DNA from: Spizellomyces punctatus DAOM BR117
Lineage: Eukaryota
DNA length: 64,000 bases
Reading direction: 5' to 3' (one strand)
NCBI GenBank assembly: GCA_000182565.2
Contig: KQ257461.1
A program made the translations under genes and the position numbers. The notes beneath the pieces were generated by a model. It made no database searches. It worked only from the letters and a program-made list of their open reading frames with translations, and was not told the DNA's origin. Shown one piece after another: positions 39,207 to 53,289 of this stretch. Position 1 is the first letter of the stretch. Each line of letters opens with the position of its first letter.

Positions 39207-39425
39207 TTTGTTCTGCGTTGTTGAGCAGTCTTTTGAGTAGGATACAAACGTTGAGCGAGGATAGTTGAGCAGAGGGATACAAACGTCAAAAAAAAAAAAA
39301 GAAAACCTACTCGTAGCTAAAAAGAAGGCAAGAAGAACAAGACGCAAAATGGCTGGGAATAAAAAGCAAGCAAGAGGCTTCAAGAAGGGGCGCAGTTGAT
39401 GAGCAGTTTAAAAAACAAGCGTGTG

Positions 39426-39903
39426 CGTGGGAAAATAAAGAGAGAGAATAACAAGAGGGCGTGGGAATATCCAATATATGATTACATAATTTGACAGATC
39501 ACATGACGACACGTGAGAGGAAGAGAAGGCGATTTGAGGGAGTGTTTGTGGAATGGGTTCCCTCGTCAAGAGCAATAGACATGAGGGAGAGTGCAATGAT
39601 TGCATTTGAATATATCTCATACATATGCATATGGAATATCTCATGTGCATATGGGCATTTGCATATGGACAATTGCATATGGGCATTTGCATATGGAACG
39701 ATTGCATATGGACAGTTGCATATGGAAGACTATGATTACATCGATATGATTATAAAAGTCATGTTGCTAAAGCATCTCCCACTCTTCAAATCTCTCGCAG
39801 TCCAAGTGTTGGATCACGTGTCAATCTGATTTGCCGTGTTAATTAAGAGAGGCTATGGGAGAGGGCTAAATTGTCTTGAATAAGTTACTGACATTTGTGG
39901 GAA
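39426..39903 (+). promoter_or_regulatory. CSL-type motifs and E-boxes in the helicase/FAS divergent promoter
   Basis: CGTGGGAA at 39426 and 39460, TGTGGGAA at 39896; CACGTG near 39510 and 39815. Confidence 0.4.
39625..39730. repeat. ~14-bp minisatellite TGCATATGG(R)CAWT, ~7 copies
   Basis: tgcatatgggcatt tgcatatggacaat tgcatatgggcatt tgcatatggaacgat tgcatatggacagt tgcatatggaag. Confidence 0.9.
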
Positions 39904-40613
39904 TACAATCATCCCATGTCCATTTATACTTATCTTTAGCCATGCATGCATGTATAGCATGTATGTGCATATGTCCAATGCGTACATGTCCATGTGTGTG
40001 TGTGTTAGTGTGATAAAGAAGGCAATCGATGACTCTATAAATCGATGTCCGCTTGAACGCTTGAACGCGTGTTTTTACTGCGCATTTCACACTTGTTGTA
40101 CATCCACACATCATATAGGATTTGGAACACTTCTAACGGATAAAGTGTTCAATTGCTCACGTTGTGGAAAAAAGGACAACTGATATTTATGCAAATACGA
40201 GTTTATTGTGTTTTTTATCCTTGTATCGATTGTAAAAGCCACAGGAACGATTCGGGATTGGATAGTTGGTTGTTCATGGGTTTATTAGTTGAACCCGACA
40301 CACAGTACAACAAAAGAATATAAAAAAGCTCTAGACCTTTTTGTTCCCCCAACTGTTTTTGTTTCTTGCTTTGGCGTAGTTGCTTCCTGTGTTTTCTTTC
40401 CTTGCAACTGTCTTTTGCTTGACGTTCAACTCGCTGTTTTGTTGGACAGCCATCTTTTTTAGATATTATATCTCTCATCCGCGGATATATGGATAGATAC
40501 CTTGTTTGATATTCTCTATTATACATTGGAAAGAGTGCCCGCATCCTAGACGCTACCGCTTGTAACGAACAGCTCTTCTCTTTTTTTTACATATTCCGAT
40601 CATCAAAAGCATC

Positions 40614-43600
40614 ATGTCGTCGCTGTCTACCTTTCACCCTCTCTCGATGGAAACAGCGGCTTCCGCTGCCGCTGCTGCTACAACGGCTGCAGGACATGCT
40701 ACTCGGCCGCTCGTCATGACACAGCACACCACCAAAGTCGCCATTCCCGTCCCGCTACCTCTCTGGCCTATTGCTGAAAACCTAAAGGAAACCTTTCCGA
40801 CTCGTGACGCTCCAGAAACAACCGAACTCGAGCTCTTGAGTGACATTCTTGAATTTGCACTTGGAAAGGCATCGAATCAGGATACCTTTGAGGCTCTGCC
40901 GCTTGTAGCTGTCATCTTTCGCCATCTACAGGCTCGTCTCTTGAAGCAAAATGACATTCATGCTGTCACCCGGGATCTGGCCCCAGAGACTCGCGCAGCT
41001 ATATTGAAAACATACTACCTCGCTCTCGTCGCTCTCAAACGTCACGGTTTGGTCTCTTCGGCAGAAATCAAACCTCCCGCATCCGCCTTGTTTGCGGCTG
41101 CAGAAGCGGGTCGCGCAAACCTCTTGGCCGTTTTCGGCGGACAGGGAAATGTCGAGGAATATTTCAGCGAACTCGTGTCCTTGTACACAACCTACGAGGC
41201 CTTTGCCCGGCCCTTTATCTACCAGGCGGCCCTCACCCTTGCAAACATTTCCAACTCCCCAGAAGCCCAGGCAGAGCATTCGGCTAAAATGGATGTGATT
41301 AGCTGGTTGGAAAAGCCAGAGACTCGTCCCAGTACCGAGAGTCTCTTGGCTACTCACCAGTCGCTCCCATTGATTGGATTGACGCAATTGACGAATTACT
41401 ACATCACGTTCAAAGTTCTCGACAAGACGCCTGGAGAGCTTCGGAGTCTTTTGGCTGGAACAACGGGTCACAGCCAAGGCATTGTTTCTTCGGTCGTTGT
41501 TTCGTCCTCAGAGACGGAAAAGGAATTTGTCGAAAATACGCAAAAGGCCCTAGTGCTCTTGTACTGGTTGGGATTGCGCTCCCAGCGGGCATGCCCTGCT
41601 ACGACCTTGGATCCCAACATTTTGCAGGATTCACTGGCCAACAATGAAGGAGTTCCTACGCCCATGTTGGCTGTGACGGGTATGTTTACATGTTTTGCCA
41701 CTATTAAAAAGTTACCTCGAAGAAAACCTCACACACTTCTCTCTGCAAGGTCTGCGCAACAGCGATGTCCAACAACACGCCGATACGACAAACTCTTTCC
41801 TTCCCCCGGACCGTCGGGTCCACCTCTCTCTCATCAACGGACCTCGCTCCACCATCTTTACCGGTCCCCCACAATCCCTGTACGGCCTCAACGTCTCTCT
41901 CCGCAAGCTCAAAGCCCAAACCGGCCAAGACCAATCCCGCATTCCCTTTTCGCAACGCAAAGTCCGGTTTTCATCCCGCTTTTTACCAGTCGCTGTCCCC
42001 TTTCACAGCGAATACCTCAAACACGTCCCCAACGCCCTTCAATCCGATATCGAATTGCACAACCTTGCATTTGATGCTAAAAAGATGCGGATACCCGTTT
42101 ATCATACCCATACCGGAGAGGACCTTCGTAACACGACGGATCTGACAATGTCCCTCGTCAACCAGATTTGCGTCCAACCCGTTCATTGGGAAAAAGCCAC
42201 CAACACCCAATCCATTTCCCATGTCCTTGATTTTGGACCAGGGGGTGCATCTGGGGTTGGATTCCTGACGCATCGTAACAAGGAGGGTACGGGTGTTCAG
42301 GTTGTGTTGGCGGGGTCGTTGGAGAGTGGAATGAGCGAGTTGTTGGATCGGTCGTATTTGTTTGATGAAGATGTTCATGCGGTAAAGTTTGCTCCTAATT
42401 GGGCCGAAAAGGTGAGCAGTCTGTCTGCCTTTGTGTGTGTGAGTTTTTATTAAATCCGGTCATTAGTACCGTCCCAAACTCATTCGCATCGCGAGTACCG
42501 GCGAAATTCACGTCGACACGCCTTTTAGCCGTCTCCTCGGCAAGGCCCCCCTCATGGTCGCCGGCATGACACCTTGCACCTCCAACGAACATTTTGTCGC
42601 AGCTTGCATCAATGCTGGTTTTCACGTTGAACTCGCGGGGGGTGGTCAACACACCGAACCCTACCTCCGCGACCGTGTCCAAAAGATCATGGAAAAAATT
42701 GAACCCGGTGAAGGCATTACTCTCAATATCCTCTTTCTCAACCCGCGTCTCTGGGGATTCCAGTACCCAGCCGTGCAAGCCATGCGGAGGGAGGGTATCC
42801 CCATGGAAGGCGTCTGCGTCGCAGCGGGTGTCCCATCCCTAGACGTTGCAGACCAAATCATTAAAAACCTCAAAGCAGCCGGACTCCGTCACGTTGCTTT
42901 CAAACCCGGGAGTGTCGAAACCATTCGTCGTGTCATTTCCATTGCAAGGACCAACCCCGATATGCCCATCATTCTGCAATGGACAGGAGGACGAGGGGGT
43001 GGACACCACTCTTTTGAAGATTTCCATCAACCCATGTTGGAGACCTATGGCGCCATTCGACGGGAACCCAACTTGATTTTGGTCGTTGGAAGCGGGTTTG
43101 GTGATGCCGTTGAGACATTACCTTACCTAACCGGTGAATGGAGTCAAAAGTTTGATCACCCACCCATGCCCTTTGATGGTCTTTTATTTGGCTCGCGTGT
43201 CATGGTCGCTAAAGAAGCCCTTACCTCTCCCGCTGTCAAGGAACTCATTGTCAAGGCACCAGGGATCCAAGATGAGACCCTCTGGGAACGTACTTACAAG
43301 GGCGACATTGGAGGGATCTTGACCGTGAAATCCGAATTGGGAGAACCCATCCACAAGATTGCCAACCGCGGCGTCAAATTCTGGAAAGAAATGGATGATA
43401 CCTTTTTTTCACTTTCCCGCGAAAAACGTCTACCAGCCCTCCTCAAAAAGAAGGACTACATTATCGAGCGTTTGAATGCTGATTTCCAGAAACCCTGGTT
43501 TGGCCAATCTGATGGTCGACCTTGCGATCTCCATGAAATGACGTACACTCAAGTCATTCGCCGATTGTTTGAGCTCTTGTGGGTTCCTTCCCGGTGGATT

Positions 43601-46600
43601 GATTCAACCCTCCGAGACACATTTGGTGATTTCTTGCGACGGGTTGAAGAACGATTCGTCAAGGGCGAAACCTTGTCCATGCTTCAATCGTATAGTACAC
43701 TCGATCACGACCCCGCATCCTTTATAGAAGCCTTTTTGGAAACCTTTCCGGAAGCCTCTCATCAAACCCTTACCCAAGAGGACGTGTTTTATTTCCTGAC
43801 GATTTGCTCGTACCCCTTTCGTAAACCCGTTCCGTTCATCCCCATCATTGACGAAAAGTTTGAGTTTTGGTTCAAAAAGGATTCGCTTTGGCAAGCTGAG
43901 GATGTTGATGCTGTTGTTGGGCGCGATGCAGGTCGAGTGGCCATTTTACAAGGGCCTGTTGCCGTCCGTCATTGCACAAAGGTTGATCAACCCGTCAAGG
44001 AAATCCTGGGAGATATTTACGCTGCCCACATTGATGCGCTACGTAAATTGTATTATGGTGACAGCAATGTCGCGATTCCTGTTGTAGAGTACTTGGGTGC
44101 CCGACCAGCTCCCCCCACTCACACCCTCGATGGCATCCGTGTCACAGAACTCAACGAAGGATCCATCATGTACGAAATCACTCGTAACGCCCAAGCCATG
44201 CCCTCCACTCCCGACTTTATGCAATTCATCTCGGGACCGGATCATACCTGGCTTCGAGCCCTCCTTACCTCGGAAGCCATCGTCCAAGGTAAACACCTGG
44301 TCCCAAACCCAGTCACAAAGATCCTCCGCGCCCGTCCTGCGCAGACCTTGTTTGTGAAATATGATGCGAGACGTCAACCAGTGCTTTTGACGCTGCATGA
44401 TCGGGATGTGGATCGTATTACTCCTGATCGACACCCGGCGGTGGTCATAACTGCTGAAGGAGATCGTATCAAAGTCGAATTGTTTGTCAAACGGGACAAG
44501 GAGTTTGTGGCATTAGAGTTGTTGTTCCGGTACAAGCCTTGGCAAGGTCATAATCCCATTCATGAGATTATGGAGGTATGTGTTCTATTGGTCTGTTTAC
44601 ATTAGTGCAAGTGTATCTAATCTCGGGTATCATTTATAGGGCCGTAACCAGCGCATCAAGGATTTCTACAGCAAGCTCTGGCATGTTGATCCCTCCGATT
44701 CCCATCTAACACCCAAAGACACGTTCCGATCCGTCTACAAGGTCCAATCCACCAGCGTACTCGATTTCGCTCAAGTGATTGGCAATCAGGCGGAACTGTA
44801 CGTGACTGGCAAGGACCCCAACACACCCGCTCCCATGGACTTTGCCATCGTGGCTGGATGGCGATCTCTTGTTTCCGCCATCCTCCCCAAGGAAATCGAT
44901 GGGGATCTCCTCCGACTCGTTCATCTTTCCAACCAGTTCCGTATGTTGGATCCCCATGATACTCTTCGTGCCGGGGACGAAATCACTACGGAAGCCGTGA
45001 TCGAGTCCGTGATTATTACTGAAGCCGGCAAAGCTGTTGAAGTCAAGGCGACGCTCATCAAGAACCAACGGCCACTCATGGAGATTGTGAGCACGTTTTT
45101 GTATCGGGGTACTTTTACTGATTATGAAAACACCTTTCGGCGAACGACTGAAAAGCCTGTGCAGGTGGTCTTGTCGTCCAACAAGGATATCCAAGTCCTT
45201 CAATCCAAAACATGGATTAAATGGAATACGGATGCCCCACAGTTGACACCAGGAGCTATTTTGATTTTCAGATTGGAGACTTTTGCCCAAAATGCCGATG
45301 CGACTGTCTATGCCCATGTCCAGACGACTGGATCAGTGTTTTTGAAAACGACACGGGAAACGATTCAAGTTGGTCGTGTTGATTATCATGCTACCCATGT
45401 CCACGGCAATATTGTACTGGACTACCTTACCCGCCACGGCTCCTCCATTGAACAACCCGTTTTCTTCAAATCGGGGGGATACTCTATCCTTCCTGACCCC
45501 AAAGTCTTTCCTGCGACCGTCACCGTCCCACTTTCCAACGGTGCCTACGCCGTAGCATCCGGGGATTTGAATCCAATCCATACCAACCCTTACTTTGCTG
45601 ACCTGGCCAACCTTCCCGGAACCATTACTCACGGCATGTGGACATCGGCTTCTACACGCAAATTCGTTGAAATCTTTGCGGCCAATAATCGACCTGAGCG
45701 GGTCAAAGAATACAATGTCGTGTTCCTGAACATGGTTCTCCCTGGCGACCAACTTGAAACCAAATTATACCACGTTGGTATGAGTAACGGCAAGAAACTC
45801 ATCAAGGTCATTACCCTCAACTCAAAGGGCGTCAAAGTCCTTGAAGGAAGTGCCGAAGTCGAACAACCCGCTACTTCCTACGTGTTTACTGGACAAGGAT
45901 CCCAAGAAGTCGGCATGGGAATGGATCTATACGAAACCTCTGCGATTGCCAGAGAAATCTGGGACAGAGCCGACGCACACATGCTCCAAACTTACGGTGT
46001 CTCCATCCTCTCCATCGTCCGAACAAACCCCACATCCCAAACAATCCACTTTGGTGGACAAAAAGGTGCATCCATTCGTCGGAATTTCATGTCCATGACG
46101 TATGATGTTGTTCAAGATGGGTTGTTGAAGAGTTTACCTCTCTTCCCCGGTATCACGGACCAAACGCCTTCCTATACGTTTTCGCATCCGAATGGGTTAC
46201 TCTCTGCCACGCAGTTTACTCAACCCGCGCTCACCTTGATGGAAATTGCGTCGTTTCAGGATATGAGAGCTAATGGACTCGTGCAGCAGGATTGTCCCTT
46301 TGCTGGACACAGGTATGTTGGTTAGAGAATAAGACGTCCACAAGCGCTGCTTGTTTAATGTTTTTTTTGTTGTCTAGTTTGGGCGAATACGCTGGACTCG
46401 CATCCGTTGGACAGGTCCTTTCAGTCGAATCCCTCGTCGACGTTGTCTTTTACCGTGGCATGACCATGCAAGTCGCCGTCCAACGCGATGACCAAGGACG
46501 ATCCAATTACGGCATGTGTGCCGTGAATCCCATCCGGGTTGGATCAACCTTTTCCGAGCAAGCCCTCGTGTTCATTGTAGAAGCCATTGCACGCCGCTCG

Positions 46601-49600
46601 GGTGATTTATTGGAGATTGTGAATTACAATGTAGAGAATTTCCAGTACGTCCTAGCGGGTGAATTGACCAACCTCGAGACTCTCCGAGTGGTCTTGAATA
46701 AGGTCAAGGGGTTAAATGTCAATTTCATTGAATTGGGGAAAACGAAATCGGTGGAAGAGATTCAAGGGGTTTTGGATGGGATTGTCGAAGATGGGTTAGC
46801 ATCTGCTCGCAAGAAACGTGCTGCATCGAACGGAATTCTCTCTCAAGAACGCGGGGTTGCGACTATTCCCCTCGCAGGCATCGACGTCCCCTTCCACTCT
46901 AGTTTCCTCTTGAACGGCGTCGTCCCCTTCCGCGAAATCCTTCGCAAAAAACTAGAAGCAAAATTCATCAACGTGGCCCTCCTCGTTGGGAAATACATTC
47001 CAAATTTAACAGCCGAACCCTTTAGTCTCTCCAAAGACTACTTTCAAACCGTCTACGACCTCACCCACTCGTCCCTCCTTCAGCAAGTCCTATCCGATTG
47101 GGACGAAACCCTAAACACCACAGCGGCCCAACAACAACAACTGGGATACATCCTCCTCATTGAACTCTTGGCCCATCAATTCGCGAGTCCCGTTCGCTGG
47201 ATCGAAACCCAAGATCAATTGTTCCGGGCCTTCAAAGTGGAAAGGTTGATTGAAGTGGGACCTTCACCCGTTCTTTGCAGTATGGCCGGACGAACACTTA
47301 AAATCAAATACGAGGCATATGATGATGCTGTTACGCATCGTCGTGTGCAATTGTGTACCACCAAGGATCGTAAAGAGATTTACTATGATTTTAGAGATGA
47401 GGTTGTGGATGTCGTCGAAGAGGATAAGGCGGCTGTGGAGCAAGTGCCAGTCAAGAGTGCGGCTCCTGCGCCGGTGGTACCTGCTCCAGCTGCTAGGACC
47501 GCCGCTGCTGTGACGTGAGTGGTTTTGTTATTATTGTTGTTTTTAATCTTTGTTGTTGGTGTTGTGAGTCTTATTACTCACTCTTGTTTTGTTCTAGTGA
47601 TGAACCGATCACAGCTCAAGAAATCCTCTTGGTGCTCATTGCTCAAAAACTCAAAAAACCCCTCTCTGACGTCCCACTCTCAAAATGCATCAAAGATCTC
47701 GTGGGTGGCAAGTCTACCCTCCAGAATGAGATCCTCGGAGATCTTGCCGCAGAATTTGGCAACGTTCTCGCTGATAAGGCGGAGGAGCTCCCTCTTTCTG
47801 AGGTCTCAATGGCACTCCAGGATGCACATGGAGGCGCTTTGGGCAAGACCAGTAATGGACTGGTGAACAAGATGGTCGGATCAAAGATGCCGGGTGGGTT
47901 TGGTATGGGACAGGTCAAGGCGTACCTTACTAGTGCCTATGGGTTGGGACCCAAGAGAAGTCAGGGCGTGCTGTTGCATGGGTTGCTATCGGAACCTGCG
48001 TCACGGTTGGCTAACGAGACGGATGCAAAGGCGTGGATTGACACTGTCGTCAAGAGTTATGCCGATAAAGTGGGTATAACCCTCGGTGGAACAACGGAAG
48101 GTCCATCTCAAACTTCGGGCACGGTCGTAACCATTGATAGCAAAGAATTTGATAAACACAAACTAGCCCTCGACCTCCTCGTCCGACAGCAACTTGAAAC
48201 ATTTGCTAAATACCTTGACTTGGACCTCCTCGCCGAAGCCCGTACAGCTGCTACCGAACGCGACGCCCGCGACGCCCTCCAAGCCCAACTCGACCATTGG
48301 ATCGCTGAACACGGTGACGTTTATGCCGAGGGGATTAAACCCTCTTTTGATCGTCTCAAAGCCCGAGTATTCGATTCCCATTGGAACTGGGCAAGACAGG
48401 ATGCACTCCAACTCTACTATGACATGATCTTTGGTCGTATCTCGAGCGTTGATAGGGAATTGATGAACCAGTGTATTCATTTGATGAACCGCGCTGAAGA
48501 TGCAGAGAGTTTGGTCACTTTTATGGAATATTACCTGGAGAATTGCCCAGAGGCTCGTGGAGAAAACTTTGTGCGCGCCAAGGCTCTTAGCAAGATTTTG
48601 TTGGAGAATTGTAGGGAGGCTCTCAAAGCCGATCCTGTATACAAAAACCGTAAGTTTCCGTGTGTTAATGGTAAAATGTGGGAATGCGAAACTCACCGTC
48701 TTGTTTTGCACAGTGGCCTACCGCCCAACCCGTCCTAAAACCCACATCAAAGAAAATGGCGAACTGGTCTACAATGAAGAGCGCCGTAAAGCAAGCAACA
48801 TGAAGGACTATGTTGAGGAAATGCGCGCAGGAAGTGACCTGACACGGATCCCCGATAGTCAAATCCTGGTTTCCAAATTCGAGCAACTGGCTGCGTTAAT
48901 GAAATCAGCACCAGAACTGAATGGAGCGACGAAATCCCAAGTGGATGCCATCTTTGCCGAGATTCAACAGAATCTGCCTCCACGGTCTGGATTCCAGGGT
49001 CGTCTCCCGTTCGTGTTCCTCAAGCGACGAAATCCTGTGGATCCCAGTCAATGGGAACCAGATGCGGATCTGAGCACAATTTACCTCGATACTTTGGCCA
49101 AAATGGCTAACGAGGGAATATCCTTCAAGGGTCGACACGCATTGATTACAGGGTGCGGAAAGGAGTCGATTGGCGTGGATGTCCTCAAGGCTCTCCTTTC
49201 GGGTGGTGCCAGGGTCATTGTGACAACCTCCCGATTCAGCAAATCCTCTACAGAATTCTACCGCTCCATCTACGAACGCCATGGCTCAAAAGGTTCCCGT
49301 CTCGTCGTGGTCCCCTTTAACGGCGCATCCTTCCAAGACACAGTTGCCCTCGTCGAATACATTTACGATACAAAAGGGGGTCTGGGATGGGATTTGGACT
49401 TTATCATCCCTTTTGCGGCTATCCCTGAACAAGGCCGCGAAATCGACGGGATTGATTCTAAATCTGAGTTGGCGCATCGTATCATGCTCACCAATTTGTT
49501 GAGATTGATGGGACAAGTCAAGGCTAAGAAACAGGTCATGAAGTACGATACGCGGCCTGCAGTGGTTGTTTTGCCATTGTCGCCTAATCATGGTACATTT

Positions 49601-52600
49601 GGGAATGGTAATTTCTTGTGACTACTAAATCAGTCGTAAGATGGATATTGATTGAATTGAACCTATTGTTGTAGATGGGTTGTACAGTGAATCGAAAATC
49701 GGACTTGAGACATTGTTCAACAGGTTCCATTCTGAGAGTTGGAGCAGCTATCTGACCATTGTTGGTGCCGTCATTGGGTAAGCTTACTACTCTGCAAGCT
49801 GCTGACCATTCTGCACCGTCACTCACTTACTCTACTTTTCAGATGGACCCGCGGCACGGGTCTCATGTCCGCCAACAACATTGTTGCTGAAGGCATAGAA
49901 TGGCTTGGAGCTCGCACCTTCTCCACCCACGAGATGGCCTTCAACCTCATTGGTCTCCTCCATCCAGATATTGTCAAACTATCCGGGGTAGACCCCATCT
50001 GGGCGGACCTGAACGGTGGTCTACACTTTGTTGCAGACTTGAACCGGATTTCATCCCAGTTGCGTCGTGACTTATTGGAAACATCCGAGATTCGCCGGGC
50101 GGTGGCTCGAGAAGCCGCCATTGATCGTCAGGTCATGAATGGCCCCGTTAAACATGAACAAGTTCTCGTGACCCCTCGTGCGAATATGAAGTTCAAGTTC
50201 CCAAGCTTGGATGCGCAAAAGTTGACCCATTTGCGCGGAATGTTGGATCTGGAGAAAGTTGTTGTCGTGACTGGCTTTGGAGAGGTGGGGCCATTTGGAG
50301 GGTCTCGTACTCGTTGGGAGTTGGTAAGTGCCAGCATCTTCATCAGTTTATCAAACACAATTCTGAACCATAATCTTCTTTTATAGGAGGCTTACGGCGA
50401 GTTGTCCCTCGAAGGATCAATTGAGATGGCTTGGATGATGGGATTCATCAAATTCCATACCGGCCCGCTAAAGAAGCTCGCAACCTATTCTGGTTGGATT
50501 GACGCTCAGACGCAGGAACCTGTCAAAGATCACGAAGTGAAAGCAAAATACGAGAAAAAGATCTTGGAGCATAGTGGTATTCGATTGATTGGTATGCATT
50601 GTACAATACCCTTGGGGGCCTTTTACGCCGTGAAATAACCAGGCTCCCTTCAATAGAACCCGCTCTCTTTAATGGTTACGACCCAGAAAAGAAAATGTTC
50701 CTCCAAGAGATTGCTGTTACATCCGACATGGCACCCATTGAAGTCAGTAAGGAAGAAGCTGAAGCCATGAAACGACAACATGGTGCCGCTGCCGTGGTCG
50801 AGCAACGGGGCGAACAATACTTTGTTCGCTTGCAAAAGGGTGCGACCTTGTATGTTCCCAAAGCTTTGCGATTCGATCGTCTTGTAGCTGGACAGGTACG
50901 ACAATGGGCTACAGCCTAAAGCAGAACATGTTCAAAGTTTACTCATTGGGATGGTTTCTTGAAACTAGATTCCTACTGGATGGGATGCAAAGCGGTACGG
51001 AGTGCCAGATGATATTGTCTCACAGGTGGATCCGATCACGCTCTATACATTGGTGTCCACTGTGGAAGCACTGGTCACTTCGGGGGTTACTGACCCGTAC
51101 GAGTTTTACCAATATGTCCATGTGAGCGAAGTTGGCAACACGTCTGGTGGTGGTATGGGCGGTATGCGTGCCATGCAGAGGATCTTTAGGGTAAGTTCGT
51201 CCTAATGGGTGGGATTTTGAAACAGACCGGGTTTTGATGAATCTTCTTTCGTATAGGAACGTTTCCTGGAGAAGCCGGTGCAAGCGGATATTCTTCAAGA
51301 AAGTTTCATCAACACCATGCCCGCTTGGATCAACATGTTACTCCTCTCCTCATCAGGGCCGATCAAAACGCCCGTAGGAGCTTGCGCAACGGCAGCAGAA
51401 TCCGTCGAAGTCGCCGTCGACACCATTCTCTCTGGTAAAGCCAAAGTGGTTCTTTGCGGTGGATATGACGACTTCCAAGAAGAAGGATCCCATGAATTCG
51501 CCAACATGAGGGCCACGTCCAATTCTGTTGAAGAATTTGCTCGAGGTCGTGAACCCCGGGACATGTGCCGTCCTGCAACGGACACTCGAGCAGGATTCAT
51601 GGAAGCTCAAGGTGCTGGTATCCAGGTCCTCATGACCGCTGATCTAGCCATCAAGATGGGTGTACCTATTCGGGGTATCATTGCTTGTACCAATACCGCT
51701 ACTGACAAGAATGGACGATCGGTTCCCGCACCTGGTCAGGGTATCTTAACCACCGCCCGTGAAGCTCCCGGAAAGCACCGCTCGCCACTTTTGAACTTTG
51801 AATACCGTGCTAAACAGCTGCGGAGGGAGCGAGAACACATCAAACAATGGGTTGCAAAAGAGTATGAAGCATTGGCTGACGAAGTTGAGGAAATTAAAAA
51901 GAGCGGCGAGGAAGTCGATCAGGACTTTGTCAACGAGCGAACAGCCTTTATTGAGAAAGAAGGAAAACGTAGAGAAAACGTTGCTTTGTCCACATGGAGT
52001 CATGATTGGTGGAAGAATGATCCAGCGATTTCACCCCTCCGCGGGGCTCTTGCCACCTTTGGTTTAACCATTGACGACATTGGTGAGTCGTGTCAGGACG
52101 ATAAACTTCGTATTGGATGTAAAAAGCTTACACTCTGTCAATGATCATAGGTGTCGCTTCCTTCCACGGAACAGGCACAAAAGCCAACGACTACAACGAA
52201 TCCTCTGCCCTCAACCAGCAATTAACACATCTCGGTCGTAGCCGTGGCAATCTCATCCCTGCCGTCTTCCAAAAGCACCTGACTGGCCATCCCAAGGGTG
52301 CAGCCGCGGCATGGATGCTCAACGGTGTACTCCAAGTCCTCGAAACGGGCATCGTTCCCGGCAATAGAAACTTGGACAATGTAGAGGACCGCCTCCGTCA
52401 ATTCAAATACATTCTCTATCCCAGTCGATCCATCAAAACCGACGGTATCCGGGCCGGTTTATTGAAAAGTTTTGGATTCGGACAGGCTGGTGGTGAAATC
52501 CTGGTCATCCACCCCGACTACCTCTTCGCGGCGCTAGAGGAACCAGAGTTCAATGACTACCTTGCCCGTAGACAAAAGCGCGAGACAGCATCGTACCGCT

Positions 52601-53289
52601 ACTTCCACGAGATGCTAACGGGTGCTGCACCGTTTGTCCGTGTCAAATCAGCTGCGCCCTACACAAATGAACAGCAGTCGGGAGTCTACTTGAACCCGCT
52701 TTCCCGTGCTGCATATGACAAGTCTTCTGGGTCTTGGAACTTTAATGCTCAAAGTAAAGCGCTTGCCAAGCCCGATGTGTCGGTGACCAAAGCTTTGATC
52801 GAGGCATCAGCGCAGTTGGGCGAAGCTGCCAATGGACGTGGACTTGGCATAGGTAATTGCCTTGAATGTATTTGATGTTCGGCATATCGATCACATTTCT
52901 CATTTGTCTCTCCTATGTATCACCCAGATGTTCAATTGTGCTCTGAAGTCCCGGCAGACAACGAAACATTCCTTGCTCGTAACTTTACTGAGCAAGAGCG
53001 CGCATACTGTTCCAATGGCAGCTGTCCTCAGTCCAGCTTTGCGGGTCGGTGGGCAGCCAAAGAAGCGGTCATTAAGGCTGTCAGCAGCGCTGCAGGAACC
53101 GTGGTATGGACCAAGGGCGCAGGAGCTCCCCTGAATGAGATTGAAGTTCTTCGAGAGGATGGCATGGCTCCTGTTGTCGTCTTCCATGGTGAGGCCAAAG
53201 ACGCCGTGGAGAAAGCGGGCGTCAAGGAAGTCAAGGTGACCATTAGTCATAGTGGCTCGTATGCTGTGGCCATGGCGGTCACCCAGTAA
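40614..53289 (+). CDS. FAS: Single-chain fungal type I fatty acid synthase (AT-ER-DH-MPT-ACP-KR-KS-PPT), multi-exon
   Basis: [24 protein letters not shown]...THGMW. MPT: FAGHSLGEY...[61 protein letters not shown]...ISHS. Confidence 0.97.

Noticed and set aside
39625-39730. Minisatellite as a CRISPR array or telomeric repeat
   Set aside because: No unique spacers, no cas genes, eukaryotic context, degenerate units and an internal position.
40614-53289. FAS as the core of a secondary-metabolite cluster
   Set aside because: Neighbours are housekeeping genes (helicase, LeuRS); no PKS, NRPS or tailoring enzymes.
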